Shown piece after piece: positions 19,200 to 29,355 of a stretch of DNA of 64,000 nucleotides. Location of the stretch: contig CAYVMN010000001.1 in NCBI GenBank assembly GCA_964452575.1, forward strand, positions 3,925 to 67,924, in the 5' to 3' direction. The DNA comes from an uncultured Desulfobacteraceae bacterium (GTDB lineage Bacteria; Desulfobacterota; DSM-4660; Desulfatiglandales; Desulfatiglandaceae). A model generated the notes under the pieces. The model was not told the origin of the DNA and searched no databases. It saw only the letters and a program-made list of their open reading frames with translations. How positions within the stretch are numbered: position 1 is the first letter of the stretch; each line of letters starts with the position of its first letter. Made by a program: the position numbers and the translations under genes.

Positions 19200-20441
19200 G
19201 TGAAAAGGATCCTTCTCTCTGGCTATTTGCTGGCGACATCACTGCTTTTCCCCCTGTGCCTGGTGGTTTTGGTCTTGCACACGCTAGGCCGACCCCGTGC
19301 ATTTTGGCCCCATCTTCAAAGACTCTCTCTGGTGATGCCCAAAAGGACGTCAAGACGCGGAAAGAGGGTATGGCTCCACGCCGTGAGCGTGGGAGAAATC
19401 ATTTCTTGTGCCCCTTTGATTCGGCGCCTTCAAGACAGGGGCTACTCTGTCTTTCTTTCCACGACCACTGAATCCGGCTTTGTGACCGCCCAAAGAAGAT
19501 ACGCAGGGGTCGAGCTCTTCTATTTTCCTTTTGATTTTTGGTTCATCTGCAACCGTTTCCTTAAAAGGATAGACCCGAATGTGGTGTTTTTGTGCGAAAT
19601 GGAGATATGGCCCGCCTTTGTCCATGAAGTATACAAAAGGGGAGTTCCCTTATATCTCATCAGCGGGCGGCTGGCAGATAAAGAGTTTCGCAGTTATCGG
19701 GCTTTTGGCTGGTTTTTCAGGCATGTTTTTTCCATGTTCTCCGGTCTGTTTATGCAGACCGAGACATATGCCCGGCGAGTAAAAGAGATCTGTCATCATA
19801 ACAACGTCAAGGTCCTGGGAAGTCTCAAGTTTGATGTGCCCATTGATGCCCATCAGAGCCTGATTGCCGACCTTCTGCCAGACGGCCTTGCCATCTGTGC
19901 GGTCTCAGTCCATCGGGGAGAAGAAGTCCCCATAATAGAGGCATTTCGAACTATTCGCGCCACATTTCCCCGCACAAGCCTGGTGATCGCCCCGCGGCAC
20001 TCCAAGCGCATGCGGGGAATCATTCGAACCTTGCGCCGGCACGATCTACCATACACCTTGCGGTCGGAGAACAGGAAATGCAGGAGCCCGGTTTTTCTTG
20101 TGGACACGGTTGGGGAATTAGCAGGGATCTATCCAAAATGCCATGTAATCATCATGGGCGGGAGTTTCTCCAGGAGAATCGGTGGCCATAATATCATCGA
20201 GCCCGCCTTATACAAAAAGTGCATTTTGTGCGGAAATCACATGGAGAACTTTCGGGATATCTATGAGATGTTCAAAAGCGAAGGCGCGCTGGTCCCTACA
20301 AACAGGGAGTCTTTGCGCCAAGACCTGCAAGATCTCTTACGAGATAAAGTGCGCATTGTGGCCACGGGAGAAAAGGCCTTTGGGCTGGTTCGTGGAAAAA
20401 GAGGCGCCTCCGGGAGAATCTTTGCGGCAGTCTTTGGTTAG
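19200..20441 (+). CDS. waaA: 3-deoxy-D-manno-octulosonic acid (Kdo) transferase, copy 1
   Basis: VWLHAVSVGEIISCAPLIRRL is the WaaA hallmark (IWIHAxSVGE), followed by EMEIWP. The ORF track starts at TTG 19077. I prefer GTG 19200 (VKRILLSGYLL..., an N-terminal TM helix as in WaaA). The start remains uncertain. Confidence 0.8.
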   Translation: MKRILLSGYLLATSLLFPLCLVVLVLHTLGRPRAFWPHLQRLSLVMPKRTSRRGKRVWLHAVSVGEIISCAPLIRRLQDRGYSVFLSTTTESGFVTAQRRYAGVELFYFPFDFWFICNRFLKRIDPNVVFLCEMEIWPAFVHEVYKRGVPLYLISGRLADKEFRSYRAFGWFFRHVFSMFSGLFMQTETYARRVKEICHHNNVKVLGSLKFDVPIDAHQSLIADLLPDGLAICAVSVHRGEEVPIIEAFRTIRATFPRTSLVIAPRHSKRMRGIIRTLRRHDLPYTLRSENRKCRSPVFLVDTVGELAGIYPKCHVIIMGGSFSRRIGGHNIIEPALYKKCILCGNHMENFRDIYEMFKSEGALVPTNRESLRQDLQDLLRDKVRIVATGEKAFGLVRGKRGASGRIFAAVFG

Positions 20442-20501
20442 ATCCATACCGAGAGCAGAGAAGCTGAATGGCAACATGGTCATCCGGCAAGAACTGAATC
20501 T

Positions 20502-21461
20502 TTGAAGAGATCTCTCTTGGGAAAGAAAAAAATCTCGTTTTTAAGACGGGTGGGTTTTGTCTTAGAGGCCTCAATTGTCATCCCACTGGGGAACCTGGCC
20601 TTGCTTCTACCCTGGCGTACAGGTAGGGCCATAGCATCAGTGGCAGGGTTGTTCCTTTTTTGCATCAGCGAAAAGGGAAAAAACCGTGCCCGCGAGAATC
20701 TGGATATCATTTATTGGGAACACCCTCTGTCAGAAAAGGAAAAGACCCAAATCATAAGAAGACTCTTTGTGAACATGGCCACAAGTGCGTTTGAATACCT
20801 CAAGATCCGCAACATAACCGCAGACAACTGCCTGGAATTTGTGCATATAGATGAGGCCCTTTACCGTGCAATTCGTGAAGATAGGGGCTTTATCGTTGTT
20901 AGCGCCCATGTGGGCAACTGGGAATATCTTGGGAGCATTGCCGCCAAACTGGGCAAGAACCTTGGCGCTGTCATTCACAGGCAGTTAAACCCTTATACAG
21001 ACAAATGGCTGAGGGAAATTCGTGAAAAGGATGGGAAGATAAGGTGTTTTTATGATGAGGTCTCTGCCATGCGCCCCATGGTTGCCCACCTGAGGCGGAA
21101 TGGGACCCTGGCCATTCTTGCGGATGAGCGGCACCTGAATAACCCGGTGTTTGTCCCGTTTTTTGGACGGCAGGCCGCAACTCCAGACGGGCCTGCAAGA
21201 TTACATCTGCTCTATGGTACGCCAATCGTATTCTGTTTTTCCATCAAGCAGGAGGATGGAAAATACCTGCTCACCTTTGACGGGCCCTATCATTTTGAAA
21301 AAAGCGGGGACCTGAAGAAAGACTGTGAGGTTATCATGACTTGCATGAACAAGAAATACGAAGAAGTGATCAGAAGACATCCGGATCAGTGGTTTTCTCT
21401 GCTGACGCCTCGATGGGAAAGGGGCAGACCGGAAAATCCTGAAAAGAAAGGCAGGAGATGA
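20502..21461 (+). CDS. lipid A late acyltransferase family protein (LpxL/HtrB-like lysophospholipid acyltransferase)
   Basis: 319 aa with an N-terminal TM helix. VVSAHVGNWEY matches the LpxL-family HxxxxE/D catalytic motif (H-x-G-N-W-E). Directly downstream of waaA. Confidence 0.8.
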   Translation: MKRSLLGKKKISFLRRVGFVLEASIVIPLGNLALLLPWRTGRAIASVAGLFLFCISEKGKNRARENLDIIYWEHPLSEKEKTQIIRRLFVNMATSAFEYLKIRNITADNCLEFVHIDEALYRAIREDRGFIVVSAHVGNWEYLGSIAAKLGKNLGAVIHRQLNPYTDKWLREIREKDGKIRCFYDEVSAMRPMVAHLRRNGTLAILADERHLNNPVFVPFFGRQAATPDGPARLHLLYGTPIVFCFSIKQEDGKYLLTFDGPYHFEKSGDLKKDCEVIMTCMNKKYEEVIRRHPDQWFSLLTPRWERGRPENPEKKGRR

Positions 21462-21561
21462 TTCCCTTGATCATTTTGATCTTTTTTTGTAGAAGGTCAG
21501 GCAGGCTACCGGCCTGGACATAGATTCCGGGGCCTTCGCGTTGGGAAAGAAGGAAATCTAG

Positions 21562-22818
21562 GTGAAAAAGAGACGTGTAGTTGCTACGGGATTGGGCGTG
21601 GTTGCGGCCAACGGGGTTGGCAAAGAGCGCTTCTGGGAAGCGAACACCCGCGGTGTATCTGGCGTCGGAAAAATAACCTGCTTTGACCCATCCCATTATG
21701 CATCGAGAATCGCAGCTGAAGTGAGAGGGTTCGATCCTCTGGAATATATGCCTGATAAAGTTGCCAAACGGGTGGACAGGTTCGTCCATTTCGGTCTGGC
21801 TGCCGCTAAGATGGCGATCGATGACAGTAGTTTGAATTTAGGGGCGGAGGATAGAGACAGAACAGGCGTGATCATTGGTTCCGGTCTGGGTGGCGTGCTC
21901 TTCCATGAAGAGCAGATCATGGCCGCATACGAAAAAGGAACCCACCGGTTTAACCCATTATGTGTTCCGCGGATCACCCCCAACGCCGTTGCCGCCCACA
22001 TAGCGATCCAGCACGGGCTGATGGGGCCCAATCTGGTGATTTCTACGGCCTGCGCCTCAGGGAACCATGCGATTGGTGAGGCCTTTCGAAAGATCCAGAA
22101 CGATGAAGCCGATATAGTCATTTCAGGCGGAGCAGAGGCACCCTTGACGGAGTTTACTTTCGGGGCCTACTGTGCATTGCGGGGTGTCCTATCCAAAAGA
22201 AATGATAACCCCGAGCAGGCCAGCCGTCCCTTTGACAAGGAGAGGGACGGCTTTGTCATGGGAGAAGGGGCCGCGGTCCTGATTCTGGAGGCCCTGGATC
22301 ATGCCCTCGAGAGGGGGGCCCATATCTACGCCGAAATCATCGGTTACGGATTGACCAGTGGTGCCTTTCATATGGCATTGCCACAGCCCGACGGGGAGGA
22401 CGCATCAAAGGCCATCTCCCTGGCGTTGCGAGATGCAGCGCTTGTGCCAGAAGATATCGATTACATCAATGCCCATGGAACCGCCACCGTGGCCAACGAT
22501 ATTGCGGAAACCAAGGCGATCAAGCGGGTTTTCGGCGATTTGGCCCGAAGCGTGCCCATCTCTTCTACAAAATCGATGATCGGGCATGCCATAGGGGCTG
22601 CGGGAGCCATAGAGGCAGTTGTCTCCTGCCTTGCCATCGAGCATCAAGTCATTCCACCGACTGTAAACCTGAGCCACCCTGACCCGGAATGCGATCTGTA
22701 CTATGTGCCCAACGAGGCCAGGGAGGCAGAGATTGATACTATCCTGTCCAATTCCTTTGGTTTCGGCAGTGTGAATGCATGTCTTGTTTTCCGGAAATTC
22801 TTTGAATCGCGAGGGTAA
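21562..22818 (+). CDS. fabF: beta-ketoacyl-ACP synthase II
   Basis: 418 aa with a GTG start. Canonical motifs present: RRVVATGLGVV, STACASGNHAIGEA (active-site Cys), HGTATVAND and GHAIGAAGA. Confidence 0.9.
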   Translation: MKKRRVVATGLGVVAANGVGKERFWEANTRGVSGVGKITCFDPSHYASRIAAEVRGFDPLEYMPDKVAKRVDRFVHFGLAAAKMAIDDSSLNLGAEDRDRTGVIIGSGLGGVLFHEEQIMAAYEKGTHRFNPLCVPRITPNAVAAHIAIQHGLMGPNLVISTACASGNHAIGEAFRKIQNDEADIVISGGAEAPLTEFTFGAYCALRGVLSKRNDNPEQASRPFDKERDGFVMGEGAAVLILEALDHALERGAHIYAEIIGYGLTSGAFHMALPQPDGEDASKAISLALRDAALVPEDIDYINAHGTATVANDIAETKAIKRVFGDLARSVPISSTKSMIGHAIGAAGAIEAVVSCLAIEHQVIPPTVNLSHPDPECDLYYVPNEAREAEIDTILSNSFGFGSVNACLVFRKFFESRG

Positions 22819-22824
22819 GGAACG

Positions 22825-23079
22825 ATGCCCATGGATATCGCAGAGATCGAGAAAAAGGTGCTTGAGGTCTTGGCTGACAAGGCCTCCATGGATCCGGATG
22901 AGATAACCCTTGAATCTTCCCTGGTGGATGATTTGGGCCTGGACTCGCTGGATGCGGTAGAACTCGTCTTTGAATTTGAAGAGGGCTACGGCATAGATAT
23001 TCCCGATGACCGAATAAAGGAGTTCAGGAACGGCCGGGACATCCTTAATTACCTTGCCGAAACGCTGAGTTCACGCTGA
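22825..23079 (+). CDS. acyl carrier protein
   Basis: 84 aa. DDLGLDSLDAVELV contains the DSL phosphopantetheine attachment site. Lies 6 nt downstream of fabF. Confidence 0.9.
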   Translation: MPMDIAEIEKKVLEVLADKASMDPDEITLESSLVDDLGLDSLDAVELVFEFEEGYGIDIPDDRIKEFRNGRDILNYLAETLSSR

Positions 23080-23170
23080 GGGCAGGCGTTCACGGCCCTA
23101 GCGTAACCGTTCTGGGTGTATCATCTCTGAACCCGCAAAGGGTTTCCGTCATGCTGTCCTGATACTGAGC

Positions 23171-24910
23171 TCAGGCCCTGGCATATGTGTAGAGCTTTTG
23201 GTACAGGCCTTCTTCCTTTATTAGGTTTTGATGGGTATCATTCTGGACGATCCGGCCGTTATCAAGGACGAGAATGCGGTCCGCATCCCTGATGGTGGAC
23301 ATTCGGTGGGCAACGATGATCGTGGTTCGGCCGTACCAAAGGGATTTGAGGGAATCGCTGATCAAGTGCTCTGATTCAGGATCAAGTGCTGAGGTTGGTT
23401 CATCCAGAATCAAAAGCCTCGGATTCAGCAGGAAGGCCCTTGCAATGGCGATCCTTTGACGTTGACCAGCAGAAAGCCTGCTTCCATACTGCCCGATTTG
23501 GGTATCATATCCCATGGGAAGCCCCCGCGCAAATTGATCCACGTGAGCTGCTTTGGAAGCGGCTCTGATTTCATCCTTCGTGGCATCCATCCTCACAAAA
23601 GAGAGGTTTTCTCCCAGCGTGGCGTGAAAAAGGACCGGCTCCTGAGGGACAAACCCGATCTGTCGCCGCAGGCTGTCAATTCGGTGCTGGTGAATGTCAA
23701 GCCCATCCAGCAGAATGGTTCCCGAAATGGGATCCAGGAGGCGCAAGACCAGGTTCACGAGGGTTGTCTTTCCAGCGCCGCTGGGTCCGATGATGGCCAA
23801 TGTCTCCCCAGGTTTTATCTCAAGATTGATGTCCACCAGACGAAACCCCTGCGAGCCATAAGAGAAAGAAACGTTTTGAAATAGGATATGGCCTTTTACC
23901 ACCGGAAGTGGTGGCAGATTCTCCGTGTGAATGGATTCTGTGGGCAGATTGAGGACTTCATCAAATCTATCCATCGCTGCAAAGACCTTGCTTATAAATC
24001 CGAAGGAACTCGAGATCCTTGAGATGGGCGTAAATATGAGAAGCAGGCATGTGATAAAGGCCGTCAAGTTTTCGATGGCCAAAGACCCGCGAACGACCAT
24101 CCAGGAACAGATAAAGATCAGAATCCCGATGGTAATGAAGGTCTGGCATGAAACAATGGCCGGGTTCATGGCACGGAGTCGGTCTTGCTGGTTATGGACC
24201 TTCATGGTCGCTTCGTTCAGAAGAGAGAACCTCCCTTTTACAAGTTCCTCTCTACCGTAGCACTTTATTTCTCTCAGTCCCCTGAGTGATTCCTCCACCA
24301 TGTTATTGACCGATGCCAGCCTTTCCTGGGCAAGTCGTGACTTTGATCTGATCCTGCGCACAAAGGAGTCTACGGCCCATGCCATGGGGGAAATCAGGAG
24401 GATCGTGATGATCGTGAGTCCAGGGGAATACCAAAGCATCAGGCTGATCAGGCCCAGCACCATTATGGCATTGGGAATCAGATTGAATATGCCGAAGCGA
24501 ATCCCGTCTCCAAAAACTCGTACGTCATTGGAAAGCCTGGAGATCATATCCCCTGTTCTGTGCTCCGGCATGATTCTCATGGGCACGCTAATGAGCTTTT
24601 GAAACAACAGGGTTCGAACGCTGGCTTCTGCGGCATTGCCCAGGCGAAATTTTCTTGATTCCCTTTCAAATTCAAAGAAAAGGATGCCCAGAAACAGCAG
24701 CAATCCCCACATGAGATACTTGAATAGCAGGAGGAAATCCTTTTTGAGGATGATTTCGTTGATGAGGGTTTTTGTCCAGAAGGGGACGAGCATGATCGCT
24801 GCTGAAGACAAACCGGTGAAGAGAAAAACCAGCAAAAACTCCTTGCGGTTTTTGTCCAGCATGCCCCGAAGGGTTTTCAGGTGTTTAGATTTGAAAACGA
24901 GAAATCGCAT
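23171..24910 (-). CDS. ABC transporter, fused permease/ATPase (MsbA-like lipid exporter family)
   Basis: The ORF track gives 23171..24994. The likely start is ATG 24910 (MRFLVFKS...), 8 nt after the stop of the upstream ketosynthase. It has a six-TM exporter domain, then GPSGAGKTT (Walker A), LSAGQRQRIAIARA (signature) and LILDEPTSALD (Walker B). Confidence 0.85.
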   Translation of the reverse strand: MRFLVFKSKHLKTLRGMLDKNRKEFLLVFLFTGLSSAAIMLVPFWTKTLINEIILKKDFLLLFKYLMWGLLLFLGILFFEFERESRKFRLGNAAEASVRTLLFQKLISVPMRIMPEHRTGDMISRLSNDVRVFGDGIRFGIFNLIPNAIMVLGLISLMLWYSPGLTIITILLISPMAWAVDSFVRRIRSKSRLAQERLASVNNMVEESLRGLREIKCYGREELVKGRFSLLNEATMKVHNQQDRLRAMNPAIVSCQTFITIGILIFICSWMVVRGSLAIENLTAFITCLLLIFTPISRISSSFGFISKVFAAMDRFDEVLNLPTESIHTENLPPLPVVKGHILFQNVSFSYGSQGFRLVDINLEIKPGETLAIIGPSGAGKTTLVNLVLRLLDPISGTILLDGLDIHQHRIDSLRRQIGFVPQEPVLFHATLGENLSFVRMDATKDEIRAASKAAHVDQFARGLPMGYDTQIGQYGSRLSAGQRQRIAIARAFLLNPRLLILDEPTSALDPESEHLISDSLKSLWYGRTTIIVAHRMSTIRDADRILVLDNGRIVQNDTHQNLIKEEGLYQKLYTYARA

Positions 24911-24918
24911 TTCTTGGA

Positions 24919-26205
24919 TCAGACCTCCAGCAAAACAGAGGATGACTGGCCTCCCATCCCGTAAGACAGGGTCAGAAATTGGCTTTGATTGCATGAAAGA
25001 TGGGAGTCCGAGATCCTTAGCTGAGAAAACGGTTCATCCGCCTTATGAAAATTGGGGGTTGCCGGCACGACGCCATCTTCTAGTGCCTTTATCCCTATAA
25101 TGACCTCAGCAATATCGCTCGCGGCGGCGAGATGTCCCGTGTAGGGCTTCAAACCACAGAGAGGGATCTTCGAAACGTGCCTTCCAAGAACAGACTGGAT
25201 GGCGCCGAGTTCAGACCCGTCACCTTTCGGCGTGGCACTTCCATGGGGTATGATGAATGCGAGATCGTGAATGTCTGAACTCCCCTCTTTCAATGCCATC
25301 TCCATACACCTTTTTCCCGCCTCTGGCGGAACCCCCAGACCTCCTTGAGACGAGAATTCCATACAGTTTCCTGTTCCTCTTACCTTGCCATAGATCGGGA
25401 TACCGCGTTTCTCTGCGATCTCGGCAGCCTCCAGGAAGAGGGCCGCTCCGCCTTCTCCGGGGATAAATCCATCCCTCTGTTGATCAAAGGGTCGAAACGA
25501 GTGTATGCCATGCCTGCATCTGGAAAGCCATCCCAGTCCGTCCATTTCGTAGAGCGGGACCTCTGTGATCCAGTTCCCGCAGCCCACGACCAATGCCTGC
25601 TCTACTTCGCGTCGTCGGATGCCCCTACAGGCCAATTCGACGGCATGGAGGCCGCAAGGGGAAAGGCCCGCTAGGCAGGCATTGGGCCCTTTGAGTTCGA
25701 AACGGGCGGACAGAAAGCTGAACAGATTGTTGTGAAGGGATTCCAGCAGGAAAAAAGGATTTACCTCATTCAGGCATGCGGTGTTCAGCAGCCTGGGATG
25801 AATCTCTTTGAATCCTCCATCCGTCCCTTTTTCCATGGCCGGAAACATGAAATCGTATCCGACTCTTGTAAGATCTCCTGTGCCAAGGTAGAGGGCCTTG
25901 CGTTCAGGAGGAATGTCGCTAAGGTTCATCATTGCCTGTGTTGCCGCTTCATGGGCCGCAACAAACCCCAGCAGGGCCCCGCGATTCAGAAATTTCATCT
26001 GATTCAGGAATCCCTGAGGGATATCATCGGGCAATGGAACTTTGGCTATCTTCCCCATATAGCAGAGTCTCTGAGGGTGTTTTTCATGGGGAAAATAACC
26101 GATTCCCGTTTTTTTGGCCCTGACGTTCCGCCAGTTTTCCTCCACACCCTTCCCGAGAGGCGTCAGAAGGCCCATCCCTGTTATAACGATCTCTCCTTCA
26201 TTCAT
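24919..26205 (-). CDS. beta-ketoacyl synthase family protein with non-canonical active-site region
   Basis: 428 aa with IVITGMGLLTPLG, HGSATPKGD and GHLAAASD (both catalytic His motifs). The FabF ..TACASG.. position reads GPNACLAGLSPCGLHAVELA. By-eye alignment puts Ser at the Cys position, with a Cys two residues later. Confidence 0.8.
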   Translation of the reverse strand: MNEGEIVITGMGLLTPLGKGVEENWRNVRAKKTGIGYFPHEKHPQRLCYMGKIAKVPLPDDIPQGFLNQMKFLNRGALLGFVAAHEAATQAMMNLSDIPPERKALYLGTGDLTRVGYDFMFPAMEKGTDGGFKEIHPRLLNTACLNEVNPFFLLESLHNNLFSFLSARFELKGPNACLAGLSPCGLHAVELACRGIRRREVEQALVVGCGNWITEVPLYEMDGLGWLSRCRHGIHSFRPFDQQRDGFIPGEGGAALFLEAAEIAEKRGIPIYGKVRGTGNCMEFSSQGGLGVPPEAGKRCMEMALKEGSSDIHDLAFIIPHGSATPKGDGSELGAIQSVLGRHVSKIPLCGLKPYTGHLAAASDIAEVIIGIKALEDGVVPATPNFHKADEPFSQLRISDSHLSCNQSQFLTLSYGMGGQSSSVLLEV

Positions 26206-26662
26206 CTTTCGAAAAACCTGAATCTCTGGTCAAGATTCGAAAGAGATGCGCCAATTCATGGGCTTCGCCGATCCTTGAAAGCGGTACGATGTCTACTTCG
26301 AATATCGCCGTCACCTTCTTCTTTCCGCCGACATGCCCAGTCCCTTTGTAGGTGTTCACGCCAGATATGGAGACACCCTGGGCCTGGACCTCCAGTAGCA
26401 CCTGATCTCCAGGCAAGGCGAAGCCGTAAAAGGCGGCCTTTGTGATTCTGCGCAGCAATACCCATCTTCTGAAATCCGAGGATTTGGCCTCAAGCCATCC
26501 TGATAACTGAACCAGGGCTTCCAGAAGCAAAGCCCCCGGCATTACAGGGTTTTTGGGGAAATGAAAGGCAAGGAAGTCTTCGCTCATGGTGATATTCTTC
26601 ACCCCCCTGATGAAGCCTCCTGAATGGTAATCGGTCACGTGATCGATCAGCAGGTATCGCAT
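26198..26662 (-). CDS. FabZ-like 3-hydroxyacyl-ACP dehydratase (hotdog)
   Basis: 154 aa. FHFPKNPVMPGALLLEALVQ matches the FabZ HFP..PVMPG...E..Q motif. Overlaps the downstream KS start by 8 nt. Confidence 0.8.
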   Translation of the reverse strand: MRYLLIDHVTDYHSGGFIRGVKNITMSEDFLAFHFPKNPVMPGALLLEALVQLSGWLEAKSSDFRRWVLLRRITKAAFYGFALPGDQVLLEVQAQGVSISGVNTYKGTGHVGGKKKVTAIFEVDIVPLSRIGEAHELAHLFRILTRDSGFSKDE

Positions 26663-26720
26663 AGGGTTTCCTTTTTGAATCTGGAGATCTCAAGAATATC
26701 CACAGCCTGATATATTCGCA

Positions 26721-27473
26721 TTATGAGACGCTGAGCCCCCCGTCAACAGTGATTGCCTCTCCGGTAATATAATCTGCCTTATCGGAGGCAAGGAAGACAA
26801 CGAGGTTTGCCACATCAGAAGGTTCGCCGAATCTTGAGGCGGGAATCTTCTTGAGGATTGCCTCCCCGGCCTTTTTCCTTATCCGATGGCTCATTTCGGT
26901 GATGATCACACCCGGCAAGACAGCGTTCACCTGAATGTTCTTGCCTGCCAATTCGACGGCACATGCCCTGGTAAAGGATACCAGGCCTCCTTTTGCGGCC
27001 GCATAGTTCGTCTGTCCTTTACCGCCCCTGATGGCACTTGTAGAAGCAATATTGATGATCTTTCCCCTATGGTTTGGCAGCATTATTTCCACGGCCATTT
27101 GGGAGGCCAGAAAAGGGCCTTTTAGATCAACATCACATATCTTTTCCCAATCGGATAAGCGCATGCTCAACATAAGGCTATCTCTCGCGATCCCGGCATT
27201 GTTCACGAGGATGTCCAGGCCATGATAATTTTTCCTGACAAAATCAAAAAGGGCCCGGACTTCAACGGGATTTGAAATGTCGGCACGGCAGATATCCGAC
27301 TCAAATCCTTCCCTGCTAAGATCTCTTCGTAATTCCTCGGCCTTTTCCTGAGAACGGCTGAAATTGATCACAACCGTTGCGCCGGCCCGGGCAAGCCCCA
27401 GACTGCATTCCCTCCCGATGCCCCTGGATCCACCAGTCACAAGGGCAATCCTGTTGGTCAGGTCCAATTTCAT
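26721..27473 (-). CDS. fabG: 3-oxoacyl-ACP reductase
   Basis: 250 aa with VTGGSRGIGR, NNAG and S...YAAAKGG (Ser-Tyr-Lys triad), typical of FabG. Confidence 0.9.
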   Translation of the reverse strand: MKLDLTNRIALVTGGSRGIGRECSLGLARAGATVVINFSRSQEKAEELRRDLSREGFESDICRADISNPVEVRALFDFVRKNYHGLDILVNNAGIARDSLMLSMRLSDWEKICDVDLKGPFLASQMAVEIMLPNHRGKIINIASTSAIRGGKGQTNYAAAKGGLVSFTRACAVELAGKNIQVNAVLPGVIITEMSHRIRKKAGEAILKKIPASRFGEPSDVANLVVFLASDKADYITGEAITVDGGLSVS

Positions 27474-27510
27474 GGTCTTCTTATTCCTCCGTCTTCGCGA
27501 GAGGATGATT

Positions 27511-28791
27511 TCAATGGACGTATTTCTTCACGGCAACTGTAGCATTCTGCCCCCCAAAACCGAAGGAATTGGACAGTGCAGCCCGGACCTCTCGGGTGCG
27601 TTTCTTATTGGGAACATAGTCCAGGTCACATTTGGGGTCTGGATTGAAGAGATTGATCGTAGGATGAACCTTATCATCCCTGACGCTTAATACCGTGTAT
27701 ATGAACTCAGGCCCTCCCGATGCCGCCATCAAGTGTCCGATCATAGACTTGCTCGAACTTACAGACAATGTGGTCGCATGCTCTCTAAATACGCTTTTTA
27801 TAGCGATGGTCTCTGACAGGTCATTCTGTCTTGTCCCGGTGCCATGGGCATTGATATAATCGATATCCCAAGGGTTCATGGCTGCATCCTCCAGAGCATT
27901 GCCCATGGACCTTGCGGCACCCCGGCCTTGTGGATCAGGCGCCGCCACCCGAAAAGCGTCCATGGACGAGCCATAACCCACAATTTCAGCATAGATTTTT
28001 GCCGCTCTTTCAAGGGCATGGTTGAGTTCCTCGAGTACCACAAATCCCGCCCCCTCACCGATCACCAGCCCTGAACGCCTTCTGTCAAAGGGCCGGCATG
28101 CGGTCCTAGGATCTCCCGAGTAAACGGAAGCGGCCGTGAGGAGATGGAAAAACGCCACACCTACGGGGTTGATCATGGAATCACTCCCACCGGCAAGCAT
28201 GACCTCTTCGTCCCCTCTGCGGACATTCCGATACCCCAACCCAATGGCCTGCGTCGCCGATGCACACGCCGAAGTAACCGTGCAACAGGGACCGTGCAGT
28301 GAAAACCTTGTTGATATGAGAGCTGCCGGCCTGTTGGCGTTGTTCCTGATAATCGATTCCCGATGCACATTGGCATGTTTCTCACTGAACCCCACGAAAT
28401 CGAATCTCCCATTCTCGTTTATCCATGCTGCGATGTCCTCTAACCTTACGATTCCCAAACCAGCCGCAGAAATGGTGCCGTAACGTTCTCTATTGCCTTC
28501 GACGTCCAGGATTCCCGCATCTTCCAGGGCGGATTTCGCGGCCCACAAGGCAAAAAGCGTCCTTCGTTCCCCTTCGGCCAAAGCATCCTCAGGAAATGAA
28601 TTTCGTATCTTTTCCCAATCGGATTTCCCGATTTCGCCGGCAGCCCGAATGGGGGACGTGGCACTTTGTGGAAGGGATAGTTCTCGAATTCCCGAAACGC
28701 CTGCCAGCAGTTTCTCCCAGTTTTCTTCCACACCAAGCCCCAGTGCGGTTACAAGACCAAGTCCTGTAACCACCACTCTCCTGTTCGACAT
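27511..28791 (-). CDS. beta-ketoacyl-ACP synthase (FabF/FabB-like, canonical triad)
   Basis: 426 aa with RRVVVTGLGLVT, TSACASATQAIG, HGTGTRQND and GHLMAASG. Confidence 0.9.
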   Translation of the reverse strand: MSNRRVVVTGLGLVTALGLGVEENWEKLLAGVSGIRELSLPQSATSPIRAAGEIGKSDWEKIRNSFPEDALAEGERRTLFALWAAKSALEDAGILDVEGNRERYGTISAAGLGIVRLEDIAAWINENGRFDFVGFSEKHANVHRESIIRNNANRPAALISTRFSLHGPCCTVTSACASATQAIGLGYRNVRRGDEEVMLAGGSDSMINPVGVAFFHLLTAASVYSGDPRTACRPFDRRRSGLVIGEGAGFVVLEELNHALERAAKIYAEIVGYGSSMDAFRVAAPDPQGRGAARSMGNALEDAAMNPWDIDYINAHGTGTRQNDLSETIAIKSVFREHATTLSVSSSKSMIGHLMAASGGPEFIYTVLSVRDDKVHPTINLFNPDPKCDLDYVPNKKRTREVRAALSNSFGFGGQNATVAVKKYVH

Positions 28792-28821
28792 GCTTCCCTT
28801 TTCTTTAGAATTAATCGGTTT

Positions 28822-29301
28822 TCAAACAATGACGCTACTCCTGCCGGAGGCATGTGTTTGGGTATTCATATCGTGGCAAAAATACTCAAACTGCCTCAAG
28901 AGTGCTTCCGGATCAGGGCTATCAAAATGGCTGTAAATCATACGATCGGCTTTGGCTATAGGTTCACCGTCAATATGCACCTCGGCCTTTCCAAGTGAAT
29001 CCGTCTCGGTGGTCGAGAGGATTTCTGCTTGAATATGAGCCTTAAAACCGGGACACAGATCGGCCATAACCTTCACATCTTCGACAATGGATAGGATTGG
29101 AAGATATTGAAAATCATGAGAGTAGATAATCAACCATCCAAGAAGTTGGGCCATGGCTTCCACATATACCACACCCGGTATCAAAGGGATTCTTGTGAAG
29201 TGCTCCTGCAAGAATTCCTCGGAGAGGGAAAAGGCCTTTATACCTTCGATGGATCTGCCTTTTTCAATTTGGACGATTCGGTCGAAAAAAAGAAACCGCA
29301 T
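28822..29301 (-). CDS. FabZ-like dehydratase (hotdog), MRFLFFDRI-type
   Basis: 159 aa. EHFTRIPLIPGVVYVEAMAQ retains the His and Glu. The N-terminus MRFLFFDRIV resembles dehydratases of type II PKS-like lipid clusters (from memory). Confidence 0.75.
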   Translation of the reverse strand: MRFLFFDRIVQIEKGRSIEGIKAFSLSEEFLQEHFTRIPLIPGVVYVEAMAQLLGWLIIYSHDFQYLPILSIVEDVKVMADLCPGFKAHIQAEILSTTETDSLGKAEVHIDGEPIAKADRMIYSHFDSPDPEALLRQFEYFCHDMNTQTHASGRSSVIV

Positions 29302-29355
29302 CCTCGATCCCCCCCTTGCGCCTGAAAACAGGCGATGTAATCATTCTTGAGAATC

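Noticed and set aside
23129-23145. Short hairpin GAACCC-GCAAA-GGGTT between the convergent ACP and ABC genes, considered as a bidirectional terminator
   Set aside because: The stem is only 5 bp and there is no U-tract on either strand. It is too weak to annotate.
24911-24994. N-terminal 28-codon extension of the ABC exporter in the ORF track
   Set aside because: It would overlap the upstream KS by 76 nt. ATG 24910 gives a protein of typical MsbA length, starting 8 nt after the KS stop.
25732-26445. 237-aa plus-strand ORF
   Set aside because: Antisense to the KS and FabZ-like genes, which carry clear catalytic motifs. No motif of its own.
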